This document shows positions 49,656 to 58,350 of a DNA stretch of 62,227 nucleotides, piece after piece. Positions within the stretch are counted from its first letter, which is position 1. Every line of letters begins with the position of its first letter. Below the pieces are notes generated by a model. It saw only the letters and a program-made list of their open reading frames with translations. It was not told the origin of the DNA and did not search any database. The stretch is from Syntrophorhabdales bacterium (GTDB lineage: Bacteria > Desulfobacterota > Syntrophorhabdia > Syntrophorhabdales > WCHB1-27): assembly GCA_049521495.1 (NCBI GenBank), contig JBEKOT010000007.1:1-62227 (forward strand), written 5' to 3'. The position numbers and the translations under genes are program-made.

Positions 49656-50651
49656 TCAGTTCCGGCCTGTCCCGGGCAGCCAGAGGTAATAAAAGCCCGG
49701 TTCGAGGGGGGAGAAGATATCAGGGAGATTGATGTCCACGAGGGGCAAAGGTGTGCCGCTTCCGGCGTCAACGGCGGAATTGTAAAGGTTGTCTTCCGGG
49801 TACTTCTCGTGCCTGTATACTACGACCCTCGCGCCCTCGGGGAGCGACGCAAGCCTCTTAGCCTCCCTGAGGCCGTCCTTCACGTAGCCGACGGAATCGA
49901 CGAGCCCCAACCGTAGCGCTTCATCGGCAAGGTATATCCGGGCGCTTGCGATCTTTCGCAGGTTCTCCGGCCCAACCTTGCGATGGCGCTCGACGAGATC
50001 GAGGAACCTTTTACCCATCTCATCCGTGAGACCCTGGAATATCCTCTGCTCTTCGGCAGTTGACGGGCGGAAGGGCGAGCCTATGTCCTTCTCGCTGCCC
50101 GATTTGCTTACCTCAACGGCAAGACCGAGCTTGTCCATTAGGCCCGATACCTTCGGTGTAACGAGGAGGACGCCGATGGAGCCGGTAACGGTAGTAGGAT
50201 GGGCTATGATCAGGTCCGCAGGGAGCGCCATGTAATAACCCCCCGATGCGGCGACGTCCATCAAAACAGCCACTATTTTGGCCCCGGTCTTTTCCTTGAA
50301 GTCGGAGATCTCGCGGTAGAGTATGTCGCTTGCGGTGATCGAGCCGCCGGGCGAGTTGATCTCGAAGAGGACCGCCTTCACCTCATTGTCCTTCTCCGCC
50401 CGCCGCAGCCTGGAGACAACCTCCTGGACCGCGCTCGCGCGGCTGCCCGAAAAAACCTTTCTCGGCTTATCCGACAGGAACCCGGACACAGGGATTACGA
50501 GCACCTTCCCCCTCTCCTTGCCCTCGATAGCGTATTCTTTAAGGGGTTCCCCGGAAGGGACGCCGAGCTGCACTTTCATCCTGAAACAGGAGACGCAAAG
50601 GACGGCAGCCGCCAACAGAACGAAGACAAAGGGCAGGGATCGCGCTCTCAC
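49656..50651 (-). CDS. sppA: Signal peptide peptidase SppA (peptidase S49, short form)
   Basis: INSPGG, VAASGGYY, TGSIGV, KSGSEKD, GLVD. Confidence 0.92.
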   Translation of the reverse strand: MRARSLPFVFVLLAAAVLCVSCFRMKVQLGVPSGEPLKEYAIEGKERGKVLVIPVSGFLSDKPRKVFSGSRASAVQEVVSRLRRAEKDNEVKAVLFEINSPGGSITASDILYREISDFKEKTGAKIVAVLMDVAASGGYYMALPADLIIAHPTTVTGSIGVLLVTPKVSGLMDKLGLAVEVSKSGSEKDIGSPFRPSTAEEQRIFQGLTDEMGKRFLDLVERHRKVGPENLRKIASARIYLADEALRLGLVDSVGYVKDGLREAKRLASLPEGARVVVYRHEKYPEDNLYNSAVDAGSGTPLPLVDINLPDIFSPLEPGFYYLWLPGTGRN

Positions 50652-50686
50652 GGGATTGCTCCTTTCCGGCCGGAAGGGCCTATCAA

Positions 50687-50715
50687 ATTCTCAACCCTTC
50701 CGGGCCTGCTGTCAA
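50687..50715 (-). promoter_or_regulatory. Putative sigma70 promoter of sppA
   Basis: TTGACA-17 nt-GAGAAT. Confidence 0.45.
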
Positions 50716-50858
50716 GGGAGTCTCTTTTTTTCAATTCGCAATCACGGCACAAGTTGCCGAAGAGGAGCAGGGGCATGTCCCTGAGCGCGGGCGGAGCTCG
50801 CGGCAACCGGTGCGGGGCGTAATCCCGAGCGTTCGCTGAAAGCGATGTGTAAACTTTG

Positions 50859-50883
50859 CTGCTGTAAAGAAATTTAACAGCAG
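50859..50883. promoter_or_regulatory. Candidate enhancer (UAS) for the sigma54 activator
   Basis: Imperfect palindrome CTGCTGTAAA-GAAA-TTTAACAGCAG about 200 bp upstream of the sigma54 promoter. Confidence 0.4.
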
Positions 50884-51045
50884 AAAGTGCCCGTTTACCA
50901 AGGGTTTTCCCTTTTCCGATAAGCGAGAAGAATGTTAACACCGGCAAAAGGGGCGTAAATGCCTGCTTTTTCATCAAAAGCGGCTGTTTTGTTATCGTTT
51001 TTGCCCTTGCTCTCCGAGGGGCTGGTGGCGCCTTAATGGCAGTAA

Positions 51046-51058
51046 TATCAATTATTTG
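51046..51058 (+). promoter_or_regulatory. IHF-binding site
   Basis: TATCAA-TTAT-TTG matches WATCAANNNNTTR exactly, just upstream of the -24 element. Confidence 0.65.
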
Positions 51059-51064
51059 TGCGAG

Positions 51065-51080
51065 TGGCATCTCTATTGCA
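51065..51080 (+). promoter_or_regulatory. Sigma54 (-24/-12) promoter
   Basis: TGGCAT-CTCTA-TTGCA, GG-N10-GC spacing. Confidence 0.8.
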
Positions 51081-51124
51081 AATGAGAGTTCATTGCATAC
51101 AAGACCTGAAAGGGAGGATAGACG

Positions 51125-52123
51125 ATGGAAAAGAAAGTGCTGCTGATAGATGACGAACCCTCCCTGAGAAGAAGCGTCTCAATGGGACTCATGCAGAAGG
51201 GTTATCAGACGGAGCCATGCGAGAGCGGAATGAAGGCGCTCCAGACCCTGGAAACCTACAAGAAGAAGCAGGTGTCCCTCGACTGCGCCATAGTAGACAT
51301 CAGGCTGCCGGACATTGACGGCCTGAAGCTCCTTAAGGTGATAAAGTTCAGCTACCCCCAACTCCCCGTGATTATCATCACCGGTTACGGAAGCGAGACA
51401 GTGGCCGAAGAGGCGAGGACGGCAGACGGCTATCTGGAGAAACCCTTTACCATGGAAGACCTGGCCAAGGTGCTGGAGGCGATCGAGGCGCCCGCGCCGG
51501 ATGCCGCCCCGCCGCCTCCGAAGGAGAAAACGGCGACGGCCCAATCGACAAGCGCCTACGCCCTCATTCGTCTAGGCAAAGAAGCAAATCTCCTGGATAT
51601 TTACCGCACCCTTTACTACCACGGTAACGTCCTTTATTGCGACGCCACGAGGGGCGACTGCGACATGGTGCTCCTCTTGCAGGCCCCAACGCTCGACGAC
51701 ATCAAAGAGGTGGCGGAAAAGGAGATCAAGGGAATGAAAGGCGTAGCCGAAGTCTCCCTGCTTCCCGTGGATGCGCCAATGCTTACAGACAACGTTGTCA
51801 GCATAATGGGCTCTGTGGACAGGGCGCTTGGCAGGGACAAGGGCGAGAACGTGGCCGCCTCCAACCAGGCAGCGAGAACAAGGGTTTCGTCCTACGTCAT
51901 GCTTGAAGTGGAAAAGGAAAAGATGGAAGGGATCTACCCGGCCCTTTACTTCAACGACCAGGTAGTCAACTGCGACTGCACGGACGGGAGATTCAACGTC
52001 GTCCTTCTCGTAAAAGGGACGAGCTTCAGCGAAATCGAGGCCGCCGTCCGGAACAAGTTCAAGGCCATAGACGGTGTGCTAAGGATCAAGGAATACCCGA
52101 TAATCACGCTCTTCGAAGCGTGA
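51125..52123 (+). CDS. Response regulator: REC plus two Lrp/AsnC ligand-binding-like domains, no DNA-binding domain
   Basis: IDDE, VDIRLP (phospho-Asp), ITGYG, EKPF; two repeats AY.LI...NVLYCD...GD.D.VLLL and SYV.L...VVNCD...GRFNVVLLV. Confidence 0.8.
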   Translation: MEKKVLLIDDEPSLRRSVSMGLMQKGYQTEPCESGMKALQTLETYKKKQVSLDCAIVDIRLPDIDGLKLLKVIKFSYPQLPVIIITGYGSETVAEEARTADGYLEKPFTMEDLAKVLEAIEAPAPDAAPPPPKEKTATAQSTSAYALIRLGKEANLLDIYRTLYYHGNVLYCDATRGDCDMVLLLQAPTLDDIKEVAEKEIKGMKGVAEVSLLPVDAPMLTDNVVSIMGSVDRALGRDKGENVAASNQAARTRVSSYVMLEVEKEKMEGIYPALYFNDQVVNCDCTDGRFNVVLLVKGTSFSEIEAAVRNKFKAIDGVLRIKEYPIITLFEA

Positions 52124-52145
52124 TCGGATTGGCAGGAGAAGAGCG

Positions 52146-52658
52146 ATGCTGCAAGCAGAATCGGGACAGGACAAATTGGAAAACGGGTTCTCGAGCTCCA
52201 AAGTGGCCTTCAAGGTCGAGCTCTGGAAATATCAGGGTGAGAATGGTGCGCTCATACCTTTGCTTCAGTCGGCCCAGGACGCCTACGGCTATATACCCCC
52301 GTCGGCCATCGACCACATCAGCCAGATCGTCGGCATACCGGATGCAGAGATATACGGCGTCATCACCTTCTACTCCCAGTTCCGCCTCAAGCCCATGGGG
52401 AGAAATATCATCAAGGTCTGCGACGGGACGGCGTGCCACGTGAACTCCTCGTCCGCCATCATAAAGACCATCGAGAGCGAGTTGGGTGTCGCCGGGGACG
52501 AAACGACCGACGACGGCATGTTCACCTTGCAGAAGGTGGCGTGCCTCGGCTGCTGCTCGCTGTCGCCCGTGGTCATGATAAACGATGAGACCTACGGGCG
52601 CCTTACAGCCAAGAAAATACAGCAGCTCCTCAAAGAATACAGGGAGCTAGAGCCCTGA
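52146..52658 (+). CDS. nuoE: NuoE/HydC-like [2Fe-2S] subunit (StnA-like)
   Basis: LIPLLQ.AQ..YGYI, TFYSQF, CDGTACH, CLGCC...PV. Confidence 0.9.
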   Translation: MLQAESGQDKLENGFSSSKVAFKVELWKYQGENGALIPLLQSAQDAYGYIPPSAIDHISQIVGIPDAEIYGVITFYSQFRLKPMGRNIIKVCDGTACHVNSSSAIIKTIESELGVAGDETTDDGMFTLQKVACLGCCSLSPVVMINDETYGRLTAKKIQQLLKEYRELEP

Positions 52659-52706
52659 AGGAGGGAGGAGACGCGAGACGGGCCCCGGCAACGGAATCGG
52701 CAATAA

Positions 52707-54488
52707 ATGGAGAGGGAGCAGATGAAGACTATAAGAATCGGACTTGGAACGTGCGGCGTCTCGGCCGGTGGCGAGAAGACCTTCGAAGCGGTCAAACATG
52801 AGATAGAGCAAAAGAACATTCAGGCCCTGGTCAAAGAGACGGGCTGCAACGGCATGTGCTACAGGGAGCCCCTGCTCGAGGTGATCGACGAGGCCCGTAA
52901 TTCCTATCTTTATGGCGAGGTGACGCCTGAGAAGGCCATCAGGATCCTCGACGAGCATGTGCAGAAGGGGACGCCCATCGAGGAATGGATCGTGCAGAGC
53001 GAAAGGCCTTCGGAAGACGACCTTTTCTTCAAGAAGCAGAGAAGGATCGTGCTACGGAACTGCGGGATCATAGACCCCAACTCGATAGACGAGTATATCG
53101 CAGCGGGCGGATATCAGGCCATCCAGAAAGTGTTGAACGGGTATTCGCCTGAAGAGGTTATAGAAATCATCACGGCCTCGGGCTTGCGGGGCAGAGGGGG
53201 CGGGGGCTTTCTTACCGGTGTGAAATGGCGTTTCTGCAGGCAGTCTCCCGGCCCGCTGAAATACATCATCTGCAATGCGGACGAGGGCGACCCTGGCGCC
53301 TTCATGGACCGGAGCACCCTGGAGGGGGACCCCCACTCCGTGCTGGAGGGGATGATGATCTGCGCCTACGCCATCGGTGCTCAGGAGGGTTACATTTACG
53401 TGCGCGCCGAGTACCCCAAGGCGGTCCAGAGGCTGAAGCACGCCATCCGGGAGCTTCTGGCAAGAGGCTTCCTCGGCGCCAACATCTTCGGGTCAGCCAT
53501 GAATTTCTATATAAAGATAAAGGAAGGGGCAGGGGCCTTCGTGTGCGGCGAGGAGACGGCCCTTATAGCCTCCATCGAGGGCAGACGGGGGATGCCCCGC
53601 TTCAGACCCCCCTTTCCCGCCCAGAGCGGCCTGTGGGGGAGGCCCACAAATATCAACAACGTGGAAACTTATGCAAACGTACCCTGGATCATCACGAACG
53701 GGGCGGAGTCGTTTGCGTCGATGGGCACGGAAGGGAGCAAAGGCTCCAAGGTTTTTGCCCTTGCGGGCAAAGTCCGAAGGGGCGGTCTGGCAGAAGTGCC
53801 CATGGGCATCACGATAAACGAGATAGTCTACGAGATCGGCGGCGGCATAAAGGGCGACAGGAAATTCAAGGCCGTGCAGATGGGCGGTCCCTCGGGTGGA
53901 TGCATCCCCGCGTCGATGGGCGACCTCCAGATAGACTATCAGCAGATCAATAAGACAGGCGCCATTATGGGCTCCGGCGGTCTGGTCGTGCTGGACGAGA
54001 CGACCTGCATGGTCGAGATGGCGAAGTTTTTTCTTCGGTTCACCCAGGACGAATCCTGCGGCAAATGCACGTTCTGCCGGGTGGGTACCAAAAGGATGCT
54101 TGAGATTCTCGAACGGATCACCGACGGCAACGGCAGGGAGGGCGATGTGGCTCTTCTTGAGCACCTGGCGAACCAGATCAGGAACAACACTATCTGCGGG
54201 CTGGGCCAGACGGCGCCCAACCCTGTTCTCACCACCCTCAAGTATTTCCGGGAAGAATACGATGCCCATATCCGCCTCAAGAAATGCCCCGCCCACAGTT
54301 GCCCGGCCCTTCTGACCTATACGATAAGGGAAGAGGCGTGCAAGGGCTGCATGGCCTGCGCCAAGGCCTGCCCTGTCGAGGCCATCAGCGGAGAAAAAAA
54401 GAAACCCCATGCCATCGATCCGTCTTCCTGCATAAAGTGCGGCAAGTGTTTCGAGACATGCAGGTTCGACGCAGTGCTCAAGGACTAA
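52707..54488 (+). CDS. nuoF: NuoF/HydB-like FMN/NAD-binding subunit with N-terminal thioredoxin-like Fe-S and C-terminal 2x[4Fe-4S] (StnB-like)
   Basis: GLRGRGGGGF, NADEGDPGAFMDR, CGEETAL, PPFPA, CGKC..CR, CGLGQTAPNP, H...KCPA..C, two CxxCxxCxxxC. Confidence 0.92.
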   Translation: MEREQMKTIRIGLGTCGVSAGGEKTFEAVKHEIEQKNIQALVKETGCNGMCYREPLLEVIDEARNSYLYGEVTPEKAIRILDEHVQKGTPIEEWIVQSERPSEDDLFFKKQRRIVLRNCGIIDPNSIDEYIAAGGYQAIQKVLNGYSPEEVIEIITASGLRGRGGGGFLTGVKWRFCRQSPGPLKYIICNADEGDPGAFMDRSTLEGDPHSVLEGMMICAYAIGAQEGYIYVRAEYPKAVQRLKHAIRELLARGFLGANIFGSAMNFYIKIKEGAGAFVCGEETALIASIEGRRGMPRFRPPFPAQSGLWGRPTNINNVETYANVPWIITNGAESFASMGTEGSKGSKVFALAGKVRRGGLAEVPMGITINEIVYEIGGGIKGDRKFKAVQMGGPSGGCIPASMGDLQIDYQQINKTGAIMGSGGLVVLDETTCMVEMAKFFLRFTQDESCGKCTFCRVGTKRMLEILERITDGNGREGDVALLEHLANQIRNNTICGLGQTAPNPVLTTLKYFREEYDAHIRLKKCPAHSCPALLTYTIREEACKGCMACAKACPVEAISGEKKKPHAIDPSSCIKCGKCFETCRFDAVLKD

Positions 54489-54501
54489 ATGGAGACGAGC
54501 C

Positions 54502-57500
54502 ATGACAGAACCAATCAAGATAAAGATCAACGACAGGGAATACGAGGCCAGTCCGGGCGAAACCATACTCGATGTCGTCCGGAGGTATGGAGTAGACACA
54601 ATACCGACACTCTGCCACGACCCGAAACTGCCGCCTTACGGTTCCTGCTACCTCTGCATAGTTGAGGTGGAAGGGACGGAAAAGCTCGTCCCTTCATGCT
54701 CGAGCCCGGTCGTGCCCGGCATGGCGGTGCATACGAATAACGAGAGGATCACCCAATCGAGGAAAGCGGCCCTGGAGCTGCTCCTCTCCAACCACTACGC
54801 CGACTGCCTGGGCCCGTGCACGCAAGCATGTCCGGCCGGCGTTGACGTGCAGGGCTATATAGCCCTCATGTCCATGGGCCGATACAGGGAAGCGGTAAAG
54901 CTCATCAAGGAGAAAAACCCCCTGCCGATAGTCTGCGGCCGCGTCTGCGTGCGCCCATGCGAGACAGCCTGCCGGCGGAATCTCGTCGACGATCGGGTGG
55001 GCATCGACTACCTGAAGCGCTACGCGTCGGACGTTGATATAGAAGACCCGTGGACCCCCGAGGTGCCTGCGAGGAACGGCAAGAGGGTGGCCGTCGTGGG
55101 CGGCGGGCCTGCCGGTCTCACATGCGCCTACTTCCTCACCCTCAACGGCTACGGAGCAACCATATTCGAAAGCGCCCCGAAGCTTGGGGGCATGCTGCGC
55201 TACGGCATCCCCGAGTACCGCCTTCCAAAGGCGCTCCTCGACAAGGAGATCAAGTGGATTACGGACCTGGGGATTGAAGTTCATACGGGGATGGAGCTGG
55301 GAAAGGATTTAACGCTGGAGCACTTCAAAGCAATGGGATTCGACGCGGTCTTTCTCGGCCTCGGAGCGCAGAAGGCAAAGGCTATGGGTATTGCCGGCGA
55401 AGAGACGACCGAAGGTATCATAGGCGGCGTCGATTTCCTGCGCCGGATGCAGACGGACGACCGGCCGGCCATATCGGGAACGGTCATCGTGGTGGGAGGC
55501 GGCAATACGGCCGTCGACGCAGCCCGGACTTCCTTGCGGATCGGCGCCGGCAAAGTTATCATCCTCTACCGGAGGACCGTGAGCGAGATGCCCGCCCACC
55601 CCATGGAGGTGGATGCGGCTGCAGAGGAAGGGGTCGAGATGATCTTCCTGTCGGCGCCCCTTTCCATAGTTGCTAATAATGGCCGGGTGGAAGCTCTCCG
55701 GTGCATCCGCATGGAGCTCGGCGAGACGGACGCCAGCGGCCGTCGCAGCCCCGTCCCGGTCGATGGCTCGGAGTACGACATCCCTTGCGATTTCGTGATT
55801 TCTGCGATCGGGCAGGATATCGACCTGGGAACGATCGACAAAGAGAGCGGCCTTAAAACAACCCGCCAGAAGGCCATAGTTGTCGATAACTCGACCTTCG
55901 CCACCTCGATCCCGGGCGTCTTCGCCGGCGGCGATGTCGCAACAGGGCCGGCGGTAGCGGTCGACGCGATTGCCCACGGCAGAGCCGCAGCTTTGGCTAT
56001 ACATCGGTATTTGCAGACCGGCAGCGCATATTACGGAGCAAAGCCGTTTCTGTCCCGAAAGGAAGCCTTCGGCGAGATGGCGCAAAGTGAATTCCTCCAG
56101 GTAAAGCGGGTCGAGAGGGAGCTGATGGCCGAGCTGCCCGTCGAGGAAAGGATCAAGAGCCAGGCGGAAGTGGAGCTGGGTTTCACGGAAGCACAGGTCG
56201 CAAATGAAACAGGCCGGTGCCTCGAGTGCGGCTGCACGGCCTATTTCGACTGCGACCTTCGTAAATACGCCACGGATTTTGGAGTCGATATCGCCAAATT
56301 CACCGGAGATACGAGAAGGTACAAGGTAGACGCAAGCCACCCCCTGATCTCACTCGACCCCAACAAGTGCATCAACTGCGGCCGCTGCGTCAGAACCTGT
56401 TCCGAGATAGTTCGGATATCGGCCCTCGGCTTCGTCAACAGGGGGTTCAAATCAGTGGTCAAGCCGTCCATGGAGAAGCCCCTCCTGGAGACTACCTGCA
56501 TCTCCTGCGGCAACTGCATAGATGCCTGCCCGACGGGTGCCATCACCGAGAAGCTGCCTTTCCGCAAGCCCGGCCCCTGGACGTTTGAGGAAAAGGAATC
56601 GGTTTGCAGCTTCTGCGGTGTCGGCTGCGTCCTGAACTACCGGGTCTTCCACGACGGCCTCTTCACGGTATCGAGCGTGAATGGGGGCTCTCACAACAAG
56701 GGTTACCTCTGCACCAGGGGACGCTTCGGCTACCGGTACATGATGGAGGAGGAGCGCCTCCATAATCCCTTGATCAGGAAGCGGGGCCGGTGGGGGGAGA
56801 CCACGTGGGAGGAAGCCATAAAGTACGCGGCGCAGGGGCTCAAGGCAGTAATAGCTAAGTCAGGCACGCGCTCGGTGGCAGCTTTTGGCTCGCCAAAAAT
56901 GACGAACGAAGAGCTCTACCTCCTGCAGAAGTTTGTCCGGCAAGGTTTGGGGACCAACAATATAGGGAGCTTCTCGAACATCGATGGCGGGGGTGAAAAG
57001 GACGCTCTCGACGCCATGTTCGGCCTCACTGTCTCGACTGCCACTATGGACGATCTGAAGGCGGCGGACGTAATACTGGTGATAAACACCGATCCGGGCC
57101 GGGACGCTTTAGTGGCGGAGATCAAGATAAAGGCCGAGCTTAAGAGGGGTGCGAAGGTCATAACCGTCGCCTCATCGGAAATCCCCCTCGTCAAATTCTC
57201 CCATCTTTGGATAGACTCGAAGCGGGGTACGAACACCGCCCTGGTATGCGGCATCTGCCGGTATATCCTCGAAAAGGGATGGGAAAGCGCCTCTTTCATA
57301 AAGAAGAGGACCGAGGGGTTCGAGGAGTTCAGGGAATCGACGGCCCGCTTCGACGCGGGGCTGGTAGCTGAAATAACCGGGGTCAGCAGGGAGAAGCTCC
57401 AGGTTCTGCTCGACCTCGTCGGAGACCCCAAAAATAACGTGGTGGTCGTCTACAACATCGACTCGTTGTGGGAAAAATCGAAGAACGACCTCCAGGCCCT

Positions 57501-58266
57501 CGGGAACCTAATGATGCTCTCGGGCAGGGTCGGAAAACGGGGGAACGGTATAATTCTTTTGCGGGACTTCGCCAATGCCCAGGGTCTTTTAGATATGGGC
57601 GTGGATACGGGATACCTGCCGGGGTATGTGAAGCGCGGCGACGGGCCGGGGATCTCGGCGCTCGAAAAGCTCTGGGGCGTTACGCTGCAGGACGTTTTTG
57701 AGCCGGTCCACCTAAGGGAGGCCATGGAGGCGGACCGTATCAAGGCCCTCATGATCTTCGGCGAGGACCCGCTTTTCGCGACCTCCAACTTGAGGCTGAC
57801 AAGCGGCGCGGAATTCATGGTTGTAGTTGACTCCTTCATGACGGCAACGGCAAGAGAAGCCGACGTAGTGCTGCCAGCTTCGCTGCCCATCGAGACGGAG
57901 GGTACCTTCACCGCCTGCGACAGGAGGCTTCAGAGAACGGCCAGGATACTGGCGCCGGCGGCAGGGATGGAGAACTGGCGCATACTGGATGCCCTGGCGA
58001 AAGCTATGGGCGTAAGCCTGGCCCCGAAAGGGCCGCGCGCCGTCGGGAACGAGATCAGAAAGGCCGTTCCCTTCTATAGAATGATCGCTGACGGCCCCTT
58101 CTGGGGCAAGGGTCTCTTCGAGAAAGCATTCATGACCCCCGACGGCAAGGGGCGATTCGCCCTCTTCGACCTGGACGTGACTACGTCTTCGAAGGAAAAG
58201 GTGCGGTGCCTCTTCGACGAGAACTACTTCGACCTGATGATAGGGAAGCAGATCGAAAAACGATAG
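54502..58266 (+). CDS. 1254-aa Fe-S flavoprotein: [2Fe-2S], GltD-like FAD/NADP module, ferredoxins and Mo-less FdhA-like scaffold (StnC-like)
   Basis: CHD...GSC..C...C; CPAGVD, CGRVC..PCE..C; GGGPAG; GGGNTA...YRR; CINCGRC..C; CISCGNC...CP; CSFCGVGC...LC; no Cys/Sec-His ligand at the NN.. position. Confidence 0.88.
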   Translation: MTEPIKIKINDREYEASPGETILDVVRRYGVDTIPTLCHDPKLPPYGSCYLCIVEVEGTEKLVPSCSSPVVPGMAVHTNNERITQSRKAALELLLSNHYADCLGPCTQACPAGVDVQGYIALMSMGRYREAVKLIKEKNPLPIVCGRVCVRPCETACRRNLVDDRVGIDYLKRYASDVDIEDPWTPEVPARNGKRVAVVGGGPAGLTCAYFLTLNGYGATIFESAPKLGGMLRYGIPEYRLPKALLDKEIKWITDLGIEVHTGMELGKDLTLEHFKAMGFDAVFLGLGAQKAKAMGIAGEETTEGIIGGVDFLRRMQTDDRPAISGTVIVVGGGNTAVDAARTSLRIGAGKVIILYRRTVSEMPAHPMEVDAAAEEGVEMIFLSAPLSIVANNGRVEALRCIRMELGETDASGRRSPVPVDGSEYDIPCDFVISAIGQDIDLGTIDKESGLKTTRQKAIVVDNSTFATSIPGVFAGGDVATGPAVAVDAIAHGRAAALAIHRYLQTGSAYYGAKPFLSRKEAFGEMAQSEFLQVKRVERELMAELPVEERIKSQAEVELGFTEAQVANETGRCLECGCTAYFDCDLRKYATDFGVDIAKFTGDTRRYKVDASHPLISLDPNKCINCGRCVRTCSEIVRISALGFVNRGFKSVVKPSMEKPLLETTCISCGNCIDACPTGAITEKLPFRKPGPWTFEEKESVCSFCGVGCVLNYRVFHDGLFTVSSVNGGSHNKGYLCTRGRFGYRYMMEEERLHNPLIRKRGRWGETTWEEAIKYAAQGLKAVIAKSGTRSVAAFGSPKMTNEELYLLQKFVRQGLGTNNIGSFSNIDGGGEKDALDAMFGLTVSTATMDDLKAADVILVINTDPGRDALVAEIKIKAELKRGAKVITVASSEIPLVKFSHLWIDSKRGTNTALVCGICRYILEKGWESASFIKKRTEGFEEFRESTARFDAGLVAEITGVSREKLQVLLDLVGDPKNNVVVVYNIDSLWEKSKNDLQALGNLMMLSGRVGKRGNGIILLRDFANAQGLLDMGVDTGYLPGYVKRGDGPGISALEKLWGVTLQDVFEPVHLREAMEADRIKALMIFGEDPLFATSNLRLTSGAEFMVVVDSFMTATAREADVVLPASLPIETEGTFTACDRRLQRTARILAPAAGMENWRILDALAKAMGVSLAPKGPRAVGNEIRKAVPFYRMIADGPFWGKGLFEKAFMTPDGKGRFALFDLDVTTSSKEKVRCLFDENYFDLMIGKQIEKR

Positions 58267-58314
58267 TGAGCGAATAATGATTGCCGGCCGCAAAGTGCCG
58301 CTGGGGAACTAATA

Positions 58315-58323
58315 TGTTATAGT
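58315..58323 (+). promoter_or_regulatory. Extended -10 promoter for the kinase-regulator pair
   Basis: TGtTATAGT; supports a kinase start at 58351 (GAGG SD). Confidence 0.5.
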
Positions 58324-58350
58324 ATGCAAACTGATCGAGAGGTAGGGCGC

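Noticed and set aside
52146-58266. Respiratory complex I (nuoEFG), formate dehydrogenase or [FeFe]-hydrogenase
   Set aside because: No membrane nuo genes, no Cys/Sec-His Mo ligand motif, no H-cluster motifs, and an inserted GltD-like NADP module
58324-58350. Kinase start at ATG 58324
   Set aside because: It abuts the -10 box and so is probably not transcribed; ATG 58351 has a GAGG SD
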